The notes under the pieces: generated by a model
Databases searched by the model: none
Seen by the model: the letters and a program-made list of their open reading frames with translations, nothing else
What the model was told of the DNA's origin: nothing
Part shown: positions 43,401 to 56,414 of the stretch, in pieces
Layout of the letters: each line of letters begins with the position of its first letter
Numbering within the stretch: position 1 is the first letter of the stretch
Translations under genes and position numbers: made by a program
Source of the DNA: Cyanophora paradoxa CCMP329
Taxonomy: Eukaryota; Plantae; Glaucophyta
DNA length: 64,000 bases
Direction of reading: 5' to 3'
Assembly: GCA_004431415.1 (NCBI GenBank)
Contig: QPMI01000667.1
Location: 1 to 64,000, forward strand

Positions 43401-45945
43401 TCACGGGGCGGGACTGGCCCCGGGGCTGGGGCCGGGGCTGGGGCCGGCGGGGCGGGGGCGGGGGCTTGGGCGGGGCACGGGGATGGGGGCGGTGGGGGCG
43501 CGGGCGGCGAGGTGGGCGAGGAAGGGGCAGGCGGGGCGGTGCGCGAGGGGCGAGAGGGCGCGGGAGAGCAGGATGCGGGTCGGGCAGGGCTTGAGGAGCG
43601 CGTCGCTGAAGCCGCCGGCCATGCACCGCGCCCGCGTCGACGCGCAGAGGCCGCGCTGCCGCCCCGCGCAACGCGTCAGCGGCCCGGCGGCGCACGGGCT
43701 CGAGCCGGGCGCTGGCCACTGACCTCCACGCCACGATGTTCTTCGGAGGCGGCGCGCCCGGCCCGGCGGCGGAGGCGGCCTCGTCGGCGCGCATCTCCCG
43801 TATCGCCTCCTGCCGGCCGGCGGCCTCAGAGGGGGTGGCGTTGGGAAGGAGGGGGGGGGGGGAAGAGGGGGGGGAGGGGGCCGAGGCCCGGGGCGCACGT
43901 GGCCGGTGAGGCGGGGCATGTCGAGATCGAGGACGACGGCGTCGTAGGCGCGCGCCCGCGTCGCCTCGAGGGCCGCCCGCCCGTCGGGGGCCAGGTCCAG
44001 GCGCCCCCCGGGGCCACAGACGACCGGGCCGAAGATGCGCTTGGCGATGAGCCGGTTCAGCGGCTGCGAGGCGGAGCGCGGCTCAGAGCGGGAGGAGAGA
44101 GAGCTGGTGCATGGCGCGGGGTGCGCGCCTCGTCGTCCGCGATCAGCACGCGGAAGCCGCAGGTGCAGGGCCCCAGGGCCGCCCCGCCCCCCGCCCGCCC
44201 GGCCGCGGCGGCGGCGGCGGCGAGGGGCTCGCCCCATCGAGGGCGCGGTGCTCGCCAGGACGGCGGGGCCGGGAGGGGCCGGGAGAAGGGGAGGCCCCGG
44301 GGTGGGCGGCGACAGGGCCTCGAGGGCCGGCGACGGGACCGGGGCCGGCGTGAAGACGGACGGCAGCTCGTAGCCGTCGAGCTGCGGCTGCGGCTCCGGG
44401 GCCGTGATCGTGATGGCGGCGTCCACCGCGTCCACCTCCTCCTCCTCCGGGCGCCCTCGTCGGAGAGCTCGCGGAGGCCGCCGCTCGCCTCCAGCGCCTC
44501 CCGCAGGCGCGCCCGCGACTGCCCGCCCTCCCCAGGTCCACCGTCGCCCGCCGCCCCCGCACCCGCCTCCCGGCGGCGCCCCCCGCGATGGCGGCGCCCC
44601 GGGGCACGGGCTGCGCGCCCGGCGCCTCGGCGGCGGCGGCAGCGAGGAGGAGCGACGCGCTGAAGGCGGGGGCCGACTCCGAGAGACGCAACGGCACCCG
44701 CGGCGGGGTAGCCGTCTCGGGGGCGAGCGGGGGAGGCGGGGGCGGGGCGGCCCCCCCGGGGGGGCTCGTGGGCGGCGACTCGGGGCGCGGGGCCGGAGCG
44801 GGAGGCGGGGGCGGGGAGGGCGCGAGGCCAGCCTGGCGGAGCTGGGCGGAGAGGGCGGAGAGTGGAGAGGGGGCCTTCCGCGGCGGCGCCCCCGCCTGCC
44901 TCCCCAGCGGCTCCCCCACCCGCTCCAGACACGCTGCTCGCTCCCGTGAGGGGCCGTTTCTGGGGCGGGCGATGCGGGCGGCGGGGCGAGCTCGAGCTCG
45001 GAGCGCACCACTGGAGAGCGGGCAGGGCTCGGGTGCGTGGCCCTCGGGGCTCGGCGGGGGCGCGGGGGCCCCGCGCGCTCCCGCAAAGGCGAAGCCCGGG
45101 AGCGGGCCAAGGGAGAGCGCTGCCCCGCCCAGCAGCCCGTCCGCCTCGGAGGAGGAGGCTTTCGCAACCGGGGCAGCGGCGGGGGCGGGAGCGGGGGTGG
45201 GGGCGGGGGCGCAGGGGAGCGGGCGGAGGGCGCGCGGCCGAAGCGCCGGGGCGCCCAGCGCCGGCTCCGAGGAGCAAGGGCGACCGTCATAAGAAGGCGG
45301 GCGAGGGCTGGCGCTCGAGGTACGGGGGACGGGCTCGGGGGGTACCACCGCGAGGCGGCGGGGGGTACCCCCGTCGGCGTCGATGTCGGAGGGGGTGGGG
45401 GAGGCGCAGGAGCTGGGTGCGGCGGAGCGGGAGAGCTTGAGCATGTCAGGCAGCGCAGGCTCCGAGAGGTTGCGGCGGAAGCCTGCGGGGCGTCGGATCA
45501 GGCCGGACGAGGTCGGGGGGGGCAGAGGGGCGGGGGGGGGACCGGGGGCGGGGGCGCGGGGGCGCGGGGAGCAGGCGGCGACGAGGCGGGACACTGTCTC
45601 CGCGAGGTCCTCGTCGCTGAAGGCCACCTCGGGGCCCGCCAGGTACAGCGCCCGCGGCCCGAAGGACCCCCGAAGGCCCCGCGGCGACCCCGAGGCCCGC
45701 GCCGCCCCCGGGGCCCTCCCCAGGCCTGGCGCCGGCCCCGGGCGGGCGGCGGCCAGGCTCGGGGGCATCTGGAAGGTCGGCTGGCCGCCACGGGCACCGG
45801 CAACGATGTCTCGCCCCATCGGCCCCAGAGCGTGTGCTGCCGCTGTGATCATGATTAGGAGGAGCAAGGATCGCGCAAAACGGGGCCGTGGCCATGGGGG
45901 CGCTAGGTCTTCATAGTATTTCGACGCACCGGTTGCCATTTGCAT
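43401..45945 (-). CDS. Stand-alone response-regulator receiver (REC) domain with long low-complexity N-terminus; boundaries approximate
   Basis: FRVLIADDE|PLNRLIAKRIF, DGRAALEA...YDAVVLDLDMPRLTGH|EAAGRIR, IVAWSA, RCMAGGFSDALLKP. The acidic pocket, phospho-Asp and Lys are all present. Confidence 0.8.
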
Positions 45946-46546
45946 CGATCTCGGCTCTGGAAGCGAATCACACACTTGGCAGCGTCGATGCGTAAAGTCG
46001 CGCACGTCGCGCAGGTTTTAGAGCCTGACACTGCGCGAGTCGATCGCTGTCACTTCGGCACTTCGGTCATGATGATCAGCGGAGCTGCAGGCAAGGCAAC
46101 ACAGCCCTTCCACCGAACTGTGTAATGATCACGGTATCGATCACCGTTGTATACGATCTGGCAAGCGCTCTCACTCGAGGCCTCGGGGATTGCGCATGCT
46201 TGCCATATGCATTGCTATGCGATGAACATGAGCTGCGCATGCAGCTGTCGTGGATGGCGCCGCCGACGCCGCTGCAATCGCTTTCTTGGAGTCCGCGCAA
46301 GCGCTAGCAAGTGACAGTGATGTGCGATCGCCGCGGTCCGGCCCGGCCCGGCGCGGCGCGGCGCCACGCGCGCGCGCAGCTCCGGCAGTTAGCGCTTGGG
46401 TACCCCACCGGCTTCCCGAATCCCGAAGTTCCCGCGGCGCGCCTCTTCGCGTGTAGCGTCGCGTAGAGCTCCGTGTGTTCGGCACTGTTCGCATGCGTGT
46501 GTTCACGCCAACTTCACGCGATCGCGAAATGTCGTCCGGCTAGAAA

Positions 46547-46642
46547 GGCACTAAAACTTCTAAAAGTCGAGAACCTCTAGATCTGCTGATGATTTTTTAG
46601 TGCCATGATCTGCCGAGAAGTCGGCGAGAACCTCTAGATCTG
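46547..46642. repeat. Interleaved direct and inverted repeats downstream of the RWP-RK gene
   Basis: cgagaacctctagatctg x2 (about 46569 and 46625); ggcactaaaa (46547) / ttttagtgcc (46596) inverted. Confidence 0.7.
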
Positions 46643-46662
46643 TAGAGGAGGGTAGCGGGCCT

Positions 46663-48460
46663 TCATCGACATATGTAGGAGAAGGACATCGCACCCCCCA
46701 CGCCATACCCGTTCTCCGCCGCCGGGGCCCGCGGCGGGGTACCCGCACCGATCTCCCGCGGCGGGGTACCCGCGCCGGGCTCCGGGGCCCTGCCGCCGCC
46801 GGCGCGCCCCGGCGGGGTCTCGCCCCGCGGCTGCGGCGCGGGCCCGGGCGGGGCGCGCTCGGCGCCGGAGTCGCCGGCCTCGCCGCCCTCGCCGCCCTCG
46901 CCAGCGTCGTCGCCGTCGCCGAAGAGCGCGGCCGCCACGTCCGAGCCGCCGAGCAGCGCCGCCGAGCGGTGGATCAGCTGCCGCGCGTTGAGGATCAGGT
47001 GCTCCGACCCGTGTCCTCCTCTGCGCGCGCCGCCCCGCCGGCCCGCCGTCAGCGCCGCGAGCCGCGCGCGGGGAGGGGCGGGCGCACTGGCCGCTCGGCT
47101 CGGCTCGAGGAGGATCGCCTCCACGGCCTCCCGCAGCTCCTCCCGCACCTTGCCCAGCTCCTCAGCCTGCCCGCCCCGCACCCGCACCCGCCCGCGCTCA
47201 GCCGGCCCGCAGCGTCCGGGGGCGGGCCGGGGCGGCGGGGGCGCACGAGGCGCATGAGGCCGAGGGCGAGGGTGCCGCCCTCGTTGTGCGAGGAGACGGC
47301 GGCGCGAGTCTTCTCGAGGGTGCCGAGCGCCGCCGCCTCCCAGCGCCGCAGGCCGGCGATGCGGCGCTGCGGCCAGCGCGGGAAGCCGGCGAGCCGGCAC
47401 GCGCTCTTCAGCGTGGAGACAGACACCGAGAGGGCCGCCGCCGCCTCCACGATCGGCATCGAGAGGACCTGCGCCGCGCCTCGGCGGCGGTGGGCGGAGG
47501 GGCGGGGCGGGGGCGGCGCACGTCGGCGCGGGTGAGGCGGCGGGGCCCCCAGAACTCGCTGGGCTTTCCCTCGCCGCCGGGCGAGGAGAGGAACGCCGTC
47601 AACCGCGCCGAGTTGCAGTCCCGCGCCGGCGGCCCCCTCCCTGCCCCGCGCCCGCCCCGCACCCCGGCCCGGGGCACCCCCTGTCCGCCCCGCCATAGCG
47701 TCGGCCGGAGGAGGCGCGGGCGAAGGGCGGAACGGACCTCGGGCGCGGCCGCGGACGCCTCGCTCTTGCGGCGCTTCGGCGCCGAGGGCAGCACCGCGTC
47801 GCCCTCGGGGTCCCCGACTCCCCAGCGCGCCCCGCCCGCCCCCGCATCCCGCGGGTAAGGGCTGTGGAGCAGCGGAAGGGGATGATGGGCTGCGCCGTCC
47901 GAGGATGCGGCGGGCGGGGGGCCGGCGAGGGGGGAGGCGGCGCCCCAGTGCGGCGCGAAGGACGGCAGGGACGCGCCCGGCACGCCGGGGGCGGAGCTCC
48001 AGCCGGGAGGAACCCCGAACGCCGGCACCGGCGCCGAGTACGCGGCGCCCGATCCCCCTGGACCGCTGGGGTACGTGAACATGAAAGCCGGGTAGGACAT
48101 CCCGGGCTGCGGCTGGGGAAGAACGTATGGCGCGGAAAAGCCGTTGAGTGCTCCGTGGGAGCCGTGCGCGGGTATGGGGTTGGATGGGTCGTTCGCGGGG
48201 AGGGGGTTGGTGGAGGGGAAGTTGATCAAGGGTGGGGCGGAACCGCCGACGTGGAAGAGACGCTGCTCGGGAGAGACGACGGTGGGGATATTGCTTGACA
48301 AGAGAGTATTCGCGGCCAGGGCGCCCGTGGGCATTGCGTAGCCCGACGGGCCGGCCGCGACGTGCGGGATAGAGCCGGGATCCGGCGGACGGAGCTCTAT
48401 ATTCGAGTAAGGTGAAACGCCGTGCTGCTCGTCGTCGTTGCCCGAGGTGTGCCTTGACAT
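46663..48460 (-). CDS. RWP-RK domain transcription factor
   Basis: LTRAD|VLSMPIVEAAAALSVSVSTLKSACRLAGFPRWPQRRIAGL followed by a coiled-coil; Pro-rich N-terminus and NLS-like PKRRK. Confidence 0.88.
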
Positions 48461-49146
48461 CGCTGATTATGAGCGTATGAGAGCCCCGCAAAAAGCTGGC
48501 GCTCCAGCTGCCAGGCCGAGGCCGTGCGCTCTCCAACACCAACACGGAGCAGCGCAACACGCTGCTGCTTCTGCGACGAAAGAGAAGAAGAGCTGTCGCC
48601 GAATTCGACAGGGCGCTCAGGAGCGCGCGGTCTTTTGGAGCGGCCTTTTCGAGTTGCTTCCTAAACGAGGACGATGGACGCGCCCGAACTCGAACCGCGC
48701 GATGCGACACGCCGATGGAAGCGGATGCTGATGCTTCCTTGCCGCCGGGGTACGTGTACCCCGCTGTATGACACGGCGGACAGTCACGCGCCAGCGCAGC
48801 GCAAGCGCCGCCGCAGCGCCGGCACAACGTCACCGCCGCATACGCAATTGCCGCTCTCTTGTGATCTTGCGCCGAATCTGGAGGCTCCGGCTCCCCTCGG
48901 CGGCCCCGCCTAGGCCTAGCCGCTGAGCGCTGCGCGCTAAGTATAGCGCTGCGCGCGCATCATGGCATGCAGTGCAGCCTAGCTGCTCCGGCAAGCTCCC
49001 CCCCGGTTGGTTAACGTTTAACCACCAACTTGGCAACCTTTCCGAAGTTCCGCTCACTTATATAATTACACAGTCTTTTGCGGCGCCAGTTAGCGCGCGC
49101 CGCAGCGGACCGGATAGAGGGCCGGGGCAACGTTCGCCAGCTGCAG

Positions 49147-49178
<32 letters not shown>

Positions 49179-49302
49179 ACCCACCCTTCGTTCACAGCGT
49201 CGTTGCGTGCACCGCAGAGTGTAGTGTACCCGCAGACGCGTGTCACAAGCCAAGACGCGTGTTCAGTGCAAGATTGACGGGCAGATTGCGACTCGGGGCA
49301 GG

Positions 49303-50791
49303 CTACGAGGAGGATGGGGGCCGGCGGATGCCCTTGGCCTTGAAGCCGTTCCAGAAGGAGCGGGCGTCGGTGACCTTCTTGGAGGGGAGCTGCAGCTCCA
49401 GCACCTCGAGCACGCTCCCGTCGTCGCAGCGCAGCTGCAGCGCGTCGCCCCCCGGCGCCAGCGCCACCTCCAGCGGCCCCGCCCCCGCGAAGGCCGCCCC
49501 CGCCCCCGCCGGGCACCGCGTCGTCACGATCTTCACGTTCACCCTCTGCCGCCCGGGGGCCTCAGGCGCCGCCCGGGGGCCGGCGGGGCCCGCCGCAGCG
49601 CACCTCGCCCGCGATCTCGAGGTCCGTCTTGGTGCCCGGCCAGCCGGCGAACGCCTTCACCTGGGCGCGCGCGTCGCGTCGGGCCCGAGGCGCGCGGGCG
49701 GGGCCCCGGGGCACAGGCGGACCTTGTTGTGGAGGGCGCGCGCGGGGCCCGCGAAGCTCAGCGTCGCCTCCGCCGACGAGAGCTTCGCCGCGTGGCTCAC
49801 CTGCGCGTCCTCCTGCGTACCCCCCGCTCGCTTGCGGTACTCCGGAGGAAGAGGGGGAGGGGGGTGCGCGCCTGCTCGCGGAAGGAGGCGGAGCCGTCGA
49901 AGACAGAGGGGAGGGAGCGGACGAGGAGGCGGGAGCCCATGTCGAAGAGCAGCTCGAGCAGCTCTGCGGGGCGCCTCCGCGCGCGTGGGCCCAGGGGTGC
50001 GCGGAAGCGGGAGGCGGGGAGGCGGACCGGGGGCCTTCATGTCCTCGGGCATGGGGATGCGCTCCTGGGCGAGGATGGGCCCGGCGTCCATCTTCTTGAC
50101 CGTGAGGAGCACCGTCACGCCCGTCTCCGCGTCGCCCTTCTCCACGCACCGCTGCCGCCGCGAGGTGAGCCGGCGCGCAGCCGCGCCCCGGCGGAGGGCG
50201 CACGGGAACGGGGGCGGCGCCGCGGTAGAGGGGAAGGAGGGAGGGGTGGATGTTGAGGGTGCCGTGGGGGGGTATGGAGAGGAAGGCATCGGGGAGGACG
50301 CAGCCGTAGGCGGCGGTGACGCAGAGGTCGGGGCGCCAGGAGCGGAGCTCCTCGAGGAAGGCCTCGTCGCGCGCCGAGGGCGGCGTCAGCACCGGCAGGC
50401 CCCGCTCCAGCGCCAGCGCGTGCACGGCCGAGTTGACGAGCTTCTGCCCGCGCCCCGACGCCGCCGGCGGCTGGCTCACCACCCCCACGACGTCCGCCGC
50501 GACGCTCTGCGACTCCAGCTCGCTCATGATCACCTCAAGCGACCGCGCCGCGACCGGCGGCGTGCCCAGGAAGACGACCCGCTTGCGCTCGCCCGACGCC
50601 AGCACCGAGAAGCGCGCCTCCCCCGACGACGGCCAAGACCCCCTGCCCTTCATCGTCGAGGCCGCTGACAGCCGCAGCCGCGAGCCGAAGAAGCTCGGGC
50701 TTCGCACGGCCACGAGCGAAGCTCGCTGCTGCGCCAGCGCCGCGGCAGAGAACGCGACGGCAGCCCTCGACGAGCTGACTATCACCGCCAT
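49303..50791 (-). CDS. fmt: Methionyl-tRNA formyltransferase, plastid-targeted
   Basis: RVVFLGTP, VVSQP, PDLCVTAAYG, LNIHPSLLPLYRGAAPV, GVTV...MDAGPILAQ, KVKAFAGWPG. The N-terminal Ser/Ala/Arg-rich transit peptide contains AF and SFFGSRL. Confidence 0.93.
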
Positions 50792-51124
50792 CTTAAACGC
50801 GCAATGTGCTGTCTCCGCTCGCCGTCCGCCGCGCGCGCCAAAGCCCGAATCTAAACCGATGAGCGCCCCGGAGATGGGCACGGCAAAGAAAGCGCGCACC
50901 AGCCTCAGTACCGGTTATCATAAGCGAGGAGCCGGCAGCGTCGGAAGCTTGCCGCCGGAATGCCGCCGTTTCTGGGTATAGCGGCTCGGAAAGAAAAAAA
51001 GGGCGTCCGCGGCCCCAGCTGCAGGGCCCGAGCACAGTACGCAGCATCCCGCGGAGGAGTTCCGCGCATCTAGCCCGCCAGTTCGGCACGCAGATTGAGG
51101 CGCGCGCACACTTTTGTCATTACT

Positions 51125-53399
51125 ATGGTTTGCGGCTGCTGCAAGAAGACGGTGAAAGAGGCATGGAATCCTCCGAAGACGGGCCCTCCGCCTCGAAGGC
51201 CAGGTGCCCTCTTCACGCTCATTGCCTGTCTCTTTGGCCCTGATGCGACGCTCAGACTCCGACCCGCGTGGCATGAGGGCTGAGATGCAGCCGCCACAGC
51301 CCGCGATGATAAACGTGCGCTGATCAGCGAATTATTCCCGCGCGCTGTCCGCCGTCGTCGACGCCGCCCACAGAAGCATCCGGCGGACACGAGACCAGTC
51401 CAGTTGGGGCACCCAAGCATGCCGTCAGCCAAGCCCATACCTTCCGTACGAGTCTCTACCGAATCGGCCCTCACCGTCAGCTTCGAGCGCCAGCGACTAG
51501 GTCCGTTCGGAGGTTTCTGGGTCACGCGCGTGCTCGCTGAGCGAGCCCGACGGCGTACCTCAGACAAGTGCGATGTGCCGCCGGTAACGCCTAGGGTGCG
51601 CGGCCGTGCCCGGCGCGGGCGGCGGGGGCCGGCCTGACGCCCCGCAGATGATGGTGGAGGACGTGGAGCTGAAGGGCTGCTACGAGGCGGACGAGCTGGA
51701 CGCGCCCGTCGTATTCTGCGTCGGTGGGATGACCCCGCGGCGCTCGATGGCCCCGCGCCCCATCGATGCCGACCCGATGCCGCCACCTCCGCCCCGCTTC
51801 GACGCCGACGCGACCCCGCGCCGCTACGAGGACGACGTCCGCCTGCCCCGTCCCGCCCCAGCGCCGGCGCCCGCCGCTGACGCGCGCTCCGGGCCGCAGG
51901 ACGACTCCTCGGCTGGCTTCTCGCCCGTCTCCCCGGCGGGGCTCCCCGAGGCCCACTCCGCGACCCCCGTCAAGCGTGCGCAGCCGCGCCCGGCCTACGC
52001 CCCGCCCCGCCCCGCCCGCGCCGAGCGCGCCGCCCGCAGAGGACTTTGGGGCGATTGCGGAGGGGCGGAGGGCGAGCGCGGGCGCGCTGCACGCGGCAGC
52101 TGCGGCCGACCCGCAGGCGGTCGAGGAGGCGGCTGCGCGGCGGGGCAGCCTGCGGGGCGGGCCCATCCCGCCCACCGTGATGCCGTACAACCTGCCTATC
52201 TGCACGGGCCACAACGAGAACGAGGACCGGACCGTGCAGGCGATGTTCTCCTTCGCCAACGAGGACGGTGCGCGCCGCCCGGCCGCGCCCCTCCCCCATC
52301 GCCCTCGCGCCCCGGCGATCCTCTCGGGCCTCCCCCAGGCTGGACCTTTGCGAAGGAGCAGGGCGGGATGCGGGCGTACAAGCGCTGGTCGGACATCCAC
52401 GCGCACGGGAACCACGGGCCCCTCATCCTCGTCAAGAGTCCGCCCCGCCCCGCCCCGTCCACACCCCCGCCCCCTCCTCCCCGCCAGTCGCCCAGCTCAC
52501 CCCCCCCCGCAGCCGTGACAGTCATCAACGCCAACCGGAAGCAGCTCTGGCGCTTCTTCTCCGTGCGCCCCGCCTCGCCCCCGCCCTCTGAACCCCTCGC
52601 CCCGCCTGCTGACGGGGGCGGGGGCCGGCAGGAGTACCCCTCGTGCATCTCGGAGTGCTACGAGACGTTCAGGAAGGGCCACATTGTCGAGCGCATTCGC
52701 AGCGCCCCCTGGGACCTGCACGAGGCACGCCCGCCTCTCGCCCCGCGCCGCCCCCGCATCCGAGCCCGCGCGCCCCGCGCCGAGCAGGTCCGCTACATGG
52801 AGATCAAGTACCCCTTCCCCCTCTCGAACCGCGACTCGATCATCTCCTCCATCGTCCGCGTCGTCGTGCGCGCCCCGCGCCCGGGCGGGGGCCGGTGCGC
52901 CCGGGCGCCGCCTGATCGCGCGCTGCGCCGGCAGGACGACCACTTTGTGATGGCGAACCTGGAGGCGCTGCGGCCGGACCTGCCCCCCAAGCGCGGCCTC
53001 GTCCGCGCCTCCGTCCAGCGTCCGCCCCCGCCGCCCCGCTCCGCTCCGCGCAGCAGGCGCTCGCTGACCTCGGCCTCGCCCGGCAGTCTCCGGGTACGTC
53101 GGGATGCCGCTGCCCGAGGACAGCTCCAAGACCATCCTCATCTCCGTCCTCCACACCGACTCCAAGGCGCGCCGGCCCGCCCCGCCCCGAGCCCCCCGCC
53201 CTCGCACTCACCCCCGTGCAGTTCGACATCCCCATCCCCGCCGAGAAGCTCATGAGCGAGCAGGTGCCCTCCCCGGGGCCGCCCGCCTCGACCCCGCTGA
53301 GGCAGGGCGGGCGCGCAGGTCAAGCACTCGTTCGACCTCGCCCGCGTGAAGGCCGCCATCGAGAAGCGCGTCGCCGCCGGCCAGCTCCCCGCCGACTGA
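51125..53399 (+). CDS. START-domain lipid-binding protein with N-terminal Cys cluster; first exons approximate
   Basis: GWTFAKEQGGMRAYKR, VRYMEIKYPFPLSNRDSII, LPPKRGLVRA, TILISVLHTD. N-terminus MVCGCCKK. Confidence 0.8.
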
Positions 53400-53871
53400 C
53401 CCCGCCCGCCCCGCTCGATCATCTCTCCGCTTGTCCGCCCCGCCCCAGTCGGCGGAGTTGCCTAGGCCACCATCATCTCCCGCTCAGCTTAGCCAGGTAT
53501 ACGTAGGGCCAACCCACATAAGAGCGCGCAGATTATGCGCGATATCTCCGTCCGTTTATTGTTGTCTCTTGTTTCAAACGTAGTATTCACAACAGGCCAT
53601 ACCTATCGATATCGAATTGAATTTCTGGCAGCGCCCTCCTGCTGCGAAGCCAACGACACTGCCGGCGCGAAGTCGTACCGTAGTACTCCAGACATGTTTT
53701 GCAAGCACTGCGGCATGTCACAGTGCTCCGCTGGATGCGTCGCTTTCGACCAGCGCTAGCCGGACCGTAGTCGAGCGATGAGCGACCGCCGGGCGCGCGC
53801 AGCCGCCGCGCGGCCGCGCACGCATCCCTTCCATGGATGTCAATGAGCCGAGTACTCCTTGGCGGCACGCT

Positions 53872-54320
53872 TCATTCCGTCTTCTTCGCCGCCCGAGCGC
53901 CCGCAGCATCGCCTCCCGCTGCCGCACTCGTGCCCGCAGCTGCGTCCGCCGCGGCAGGCGCTGCAGGCGCTGGCTGAACCTTGGCCAGCTCGAGCATGAA
54001 CCTTTCCGGCGCGCGCTGTGTGAGCGATGGGGCATTCGCTACAGCGGCGGCGCTTGCGCGGGCGGCACGAACCAGTTGACAGAGAGCGCGAGGCCCACGA
54101 CGAGGAAGAGCACGACGTACACGTGATACGAGAACGTGCCGGACCACCACATGCACGCGAGGCACAGCAGAATGCCGACGAAGACCTGCGGCGCGACGCG
54201 TCGGCGGCGCGCGGAGCGGCCGGGAGCGCTTCGACGCACCTTGTTCAGAAACGGGAGGATGCCGGGCCCGATGCCGGGTTGCAGGAGCGTGTTCGCGAGG
54301 CGCTCGCCGAAGTCGGCCAT
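53872..54320 (-). CDS. PKR1: Pkr1-like ER membrane V-ATPase assembly factor
   Basis: LANTLLQPGIGPGILPFLNK|VFVGILLCL...YHVYVVLFLVVGLALSVNW|FMLEL, two TM helices, C-terminal KKTE. Confidence 0.7.
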
Positions 54321-54556
54321 GTTGCGAGTGTCACAGCTGCTCGCGGATGTCTCCGGTGGATCAGAGCACAACTAGAGCGGAGCGTGAAAAGACCCGCGTT
54401 GGGTTCGGGGTTCAAGGGTGTCCGTCAGGGGTACCGTGAGATTCGGTGGTCAGAAGCGCATCCGAGTCTTTGGTTCGTTTGAGCTGTCCGCCGCGGGTTG
54501 AAATCGTCGCAGCTAACCAGCATCGCCCACCCGGCACCGCCGATCTATCGCGTCCC

Positions 54557-56414
54557 ATGGAGTCCGTCGCGGCCTTTGCATGCGCCGTGCCGTTCACGGC
54601 CCGGCCGGTCTCGCAGCCGGTCGCCGCTGTTTGCTCTTCGTCCAATTCGGTGAAACGTTCTGTTCGCAAGGGCCGGCTGATCCCGGGCGCTGCCTTCTTC
54701 GCCAGCGACGTCCCCTCGGTCTCGTTCAGCGCGGGGCAGTTCTTCGGCGCGACTTCTGCGCTCGCAGCGCGGTGTAGCGATGATAGCTCCAGCGCCAAGC
54801 AGCTCGTGCCGATCGTCACCGCGTCAGCCAGCGGTTCGGCGGCCAGCAAGGACGCCGTCATCGATCAGTTCACGTCCAACGTGATGACGACGTATGCGCG
54901 CTACCCGCTGGTGATGGTGAAGGGCCAGGACAGCCGCCTGTGGGACATCGAGGGCAAGGAGTACCTCGACTTCGTGGCCGGCATCGCGACTTGCTCCCTC
55001 GGGCACGCGCACCCCAACCTTGTCAAGGCCGTCGCGGAGCAGATCGCGACCGTCAACCACGTCTCAAACCTCTACTACACGCCGTCCCAGGTCCGTCGGG
55101 CCCGCGGGCCGCGCCCTGCCGTGCGAGACCCCCGACCCGGCGCCTTCCCAGAGCAACCTGGCGAAGCGGATAGTGGACTGCTCGATCGCGGACCGCGTCT
55201 TCTTCTGCAACTCGGGCGCGGAGGCGAACGAGGCGGCGATCAAGCTGGCGCGCAAGTACGCGCACACCAAGCTCGGCATCGCGGAGCCGGTGATCATCAC
55301 TGCGCACGCCTCCTTCCACGGGCGCACGCTGGCGACGATTACGGCGACGGGGCAGCCGAAGTACCAGCAGGACTTCGAGCCGCTCATGCCGGGCTTCGAG
55401 TACGTCGAGTACAACAACGTGGACGACCTGGAGAAGGCTGTGAAGCGCATCAACGCGAACGGGCCGCGGCTCGCCGGCATCCTCATGGAGGCGCTGCAGG
55501 GCGAGGGCGGCGTGCGCCCCGGGGACCGCGCCTTCTTCGCGCGCGTGCGGGAGATCTGCAACGAGACGGGCGCCCTCATGATGATGGACGAGGTCCAGGT
55601 CGGCGTCGGCCGCACCGGCAAGGCCCGCAGCCCCCCCCTCTCTCCTTTCCTTTCCTTTCCTTCTGTTTCCTGAAAACTCCTTTTCCGGCTGCAGATGTGG
55701 GGGTACGAGAACCTGGGCATCGCGGGCGGCCCCGACGTCTTCTCGACCGCTAAGGGCCTCGGCGGCGGCGTCCCGATCGGCGCCATGGGCTGCAAGGTGC
55801 CCCCGCACACCCGCCCATCCCTCCCCTCGGATGCCGCGGCTGATCTGCCCCACCTCCTCAGGCCTTCTGCGACGTGCTGACGCCGGGGACGCACGCGAGC
55901 ACGTTCGGAGGCAACCCGCTGGCGTGCTCGGCGGCCCTCGCGGTCTTCGACACTATCGAGAAGGAGGGCCTGCTCGCCAACGTCGCCGCCCGCGGCGAGC
56001 AGCTCAAGCGCGCCTGCCAGGCCCTCCAGGCCAAGTCCGCCCCTCCCGCGCCCCTGCCTCCCCCCCCCTCCCCGCCTCGTGAGCCGAGCCTCGCTCGCGC
56101 GCGCGCAGGTACCCCAAGCTGGTGACGGACTACCGGGGCTGGGGCCTGATCGCCGGCCTGCAGCTTTCCGAGGCCGTCGCCATCCAGGCCTCGGACGTCA
56201 TCTCCCTCGCCACCCAGCAGGTGCCCTGCCCCGCCCGCGCTGTCCCGCCCCTGGGCCCCGCGAGCCGGGGCCGGCGCAGGGCCTGCTGCTGGTGCCGGCC
56301 GGCCCGAAGGTGGTCCGCGCGGTGCCACCCCTGGTGGTCACGGAGGCGCAGATGGACGCCGCAATGGCCAAGCTCGACACAGTGTTCGGCGAGCTCTCCA
56401 AGCAGTACGCGTGA
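54557..56414 (+). CDS. argD: Acetylornithine aminotransferase, plastid-targeted, cyanobacterial type (5 introns)
   Basis: [93 protein letters not shown]. Transit peptide [12 protein letters not shown]...QFFG. Confidence 0.96.
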
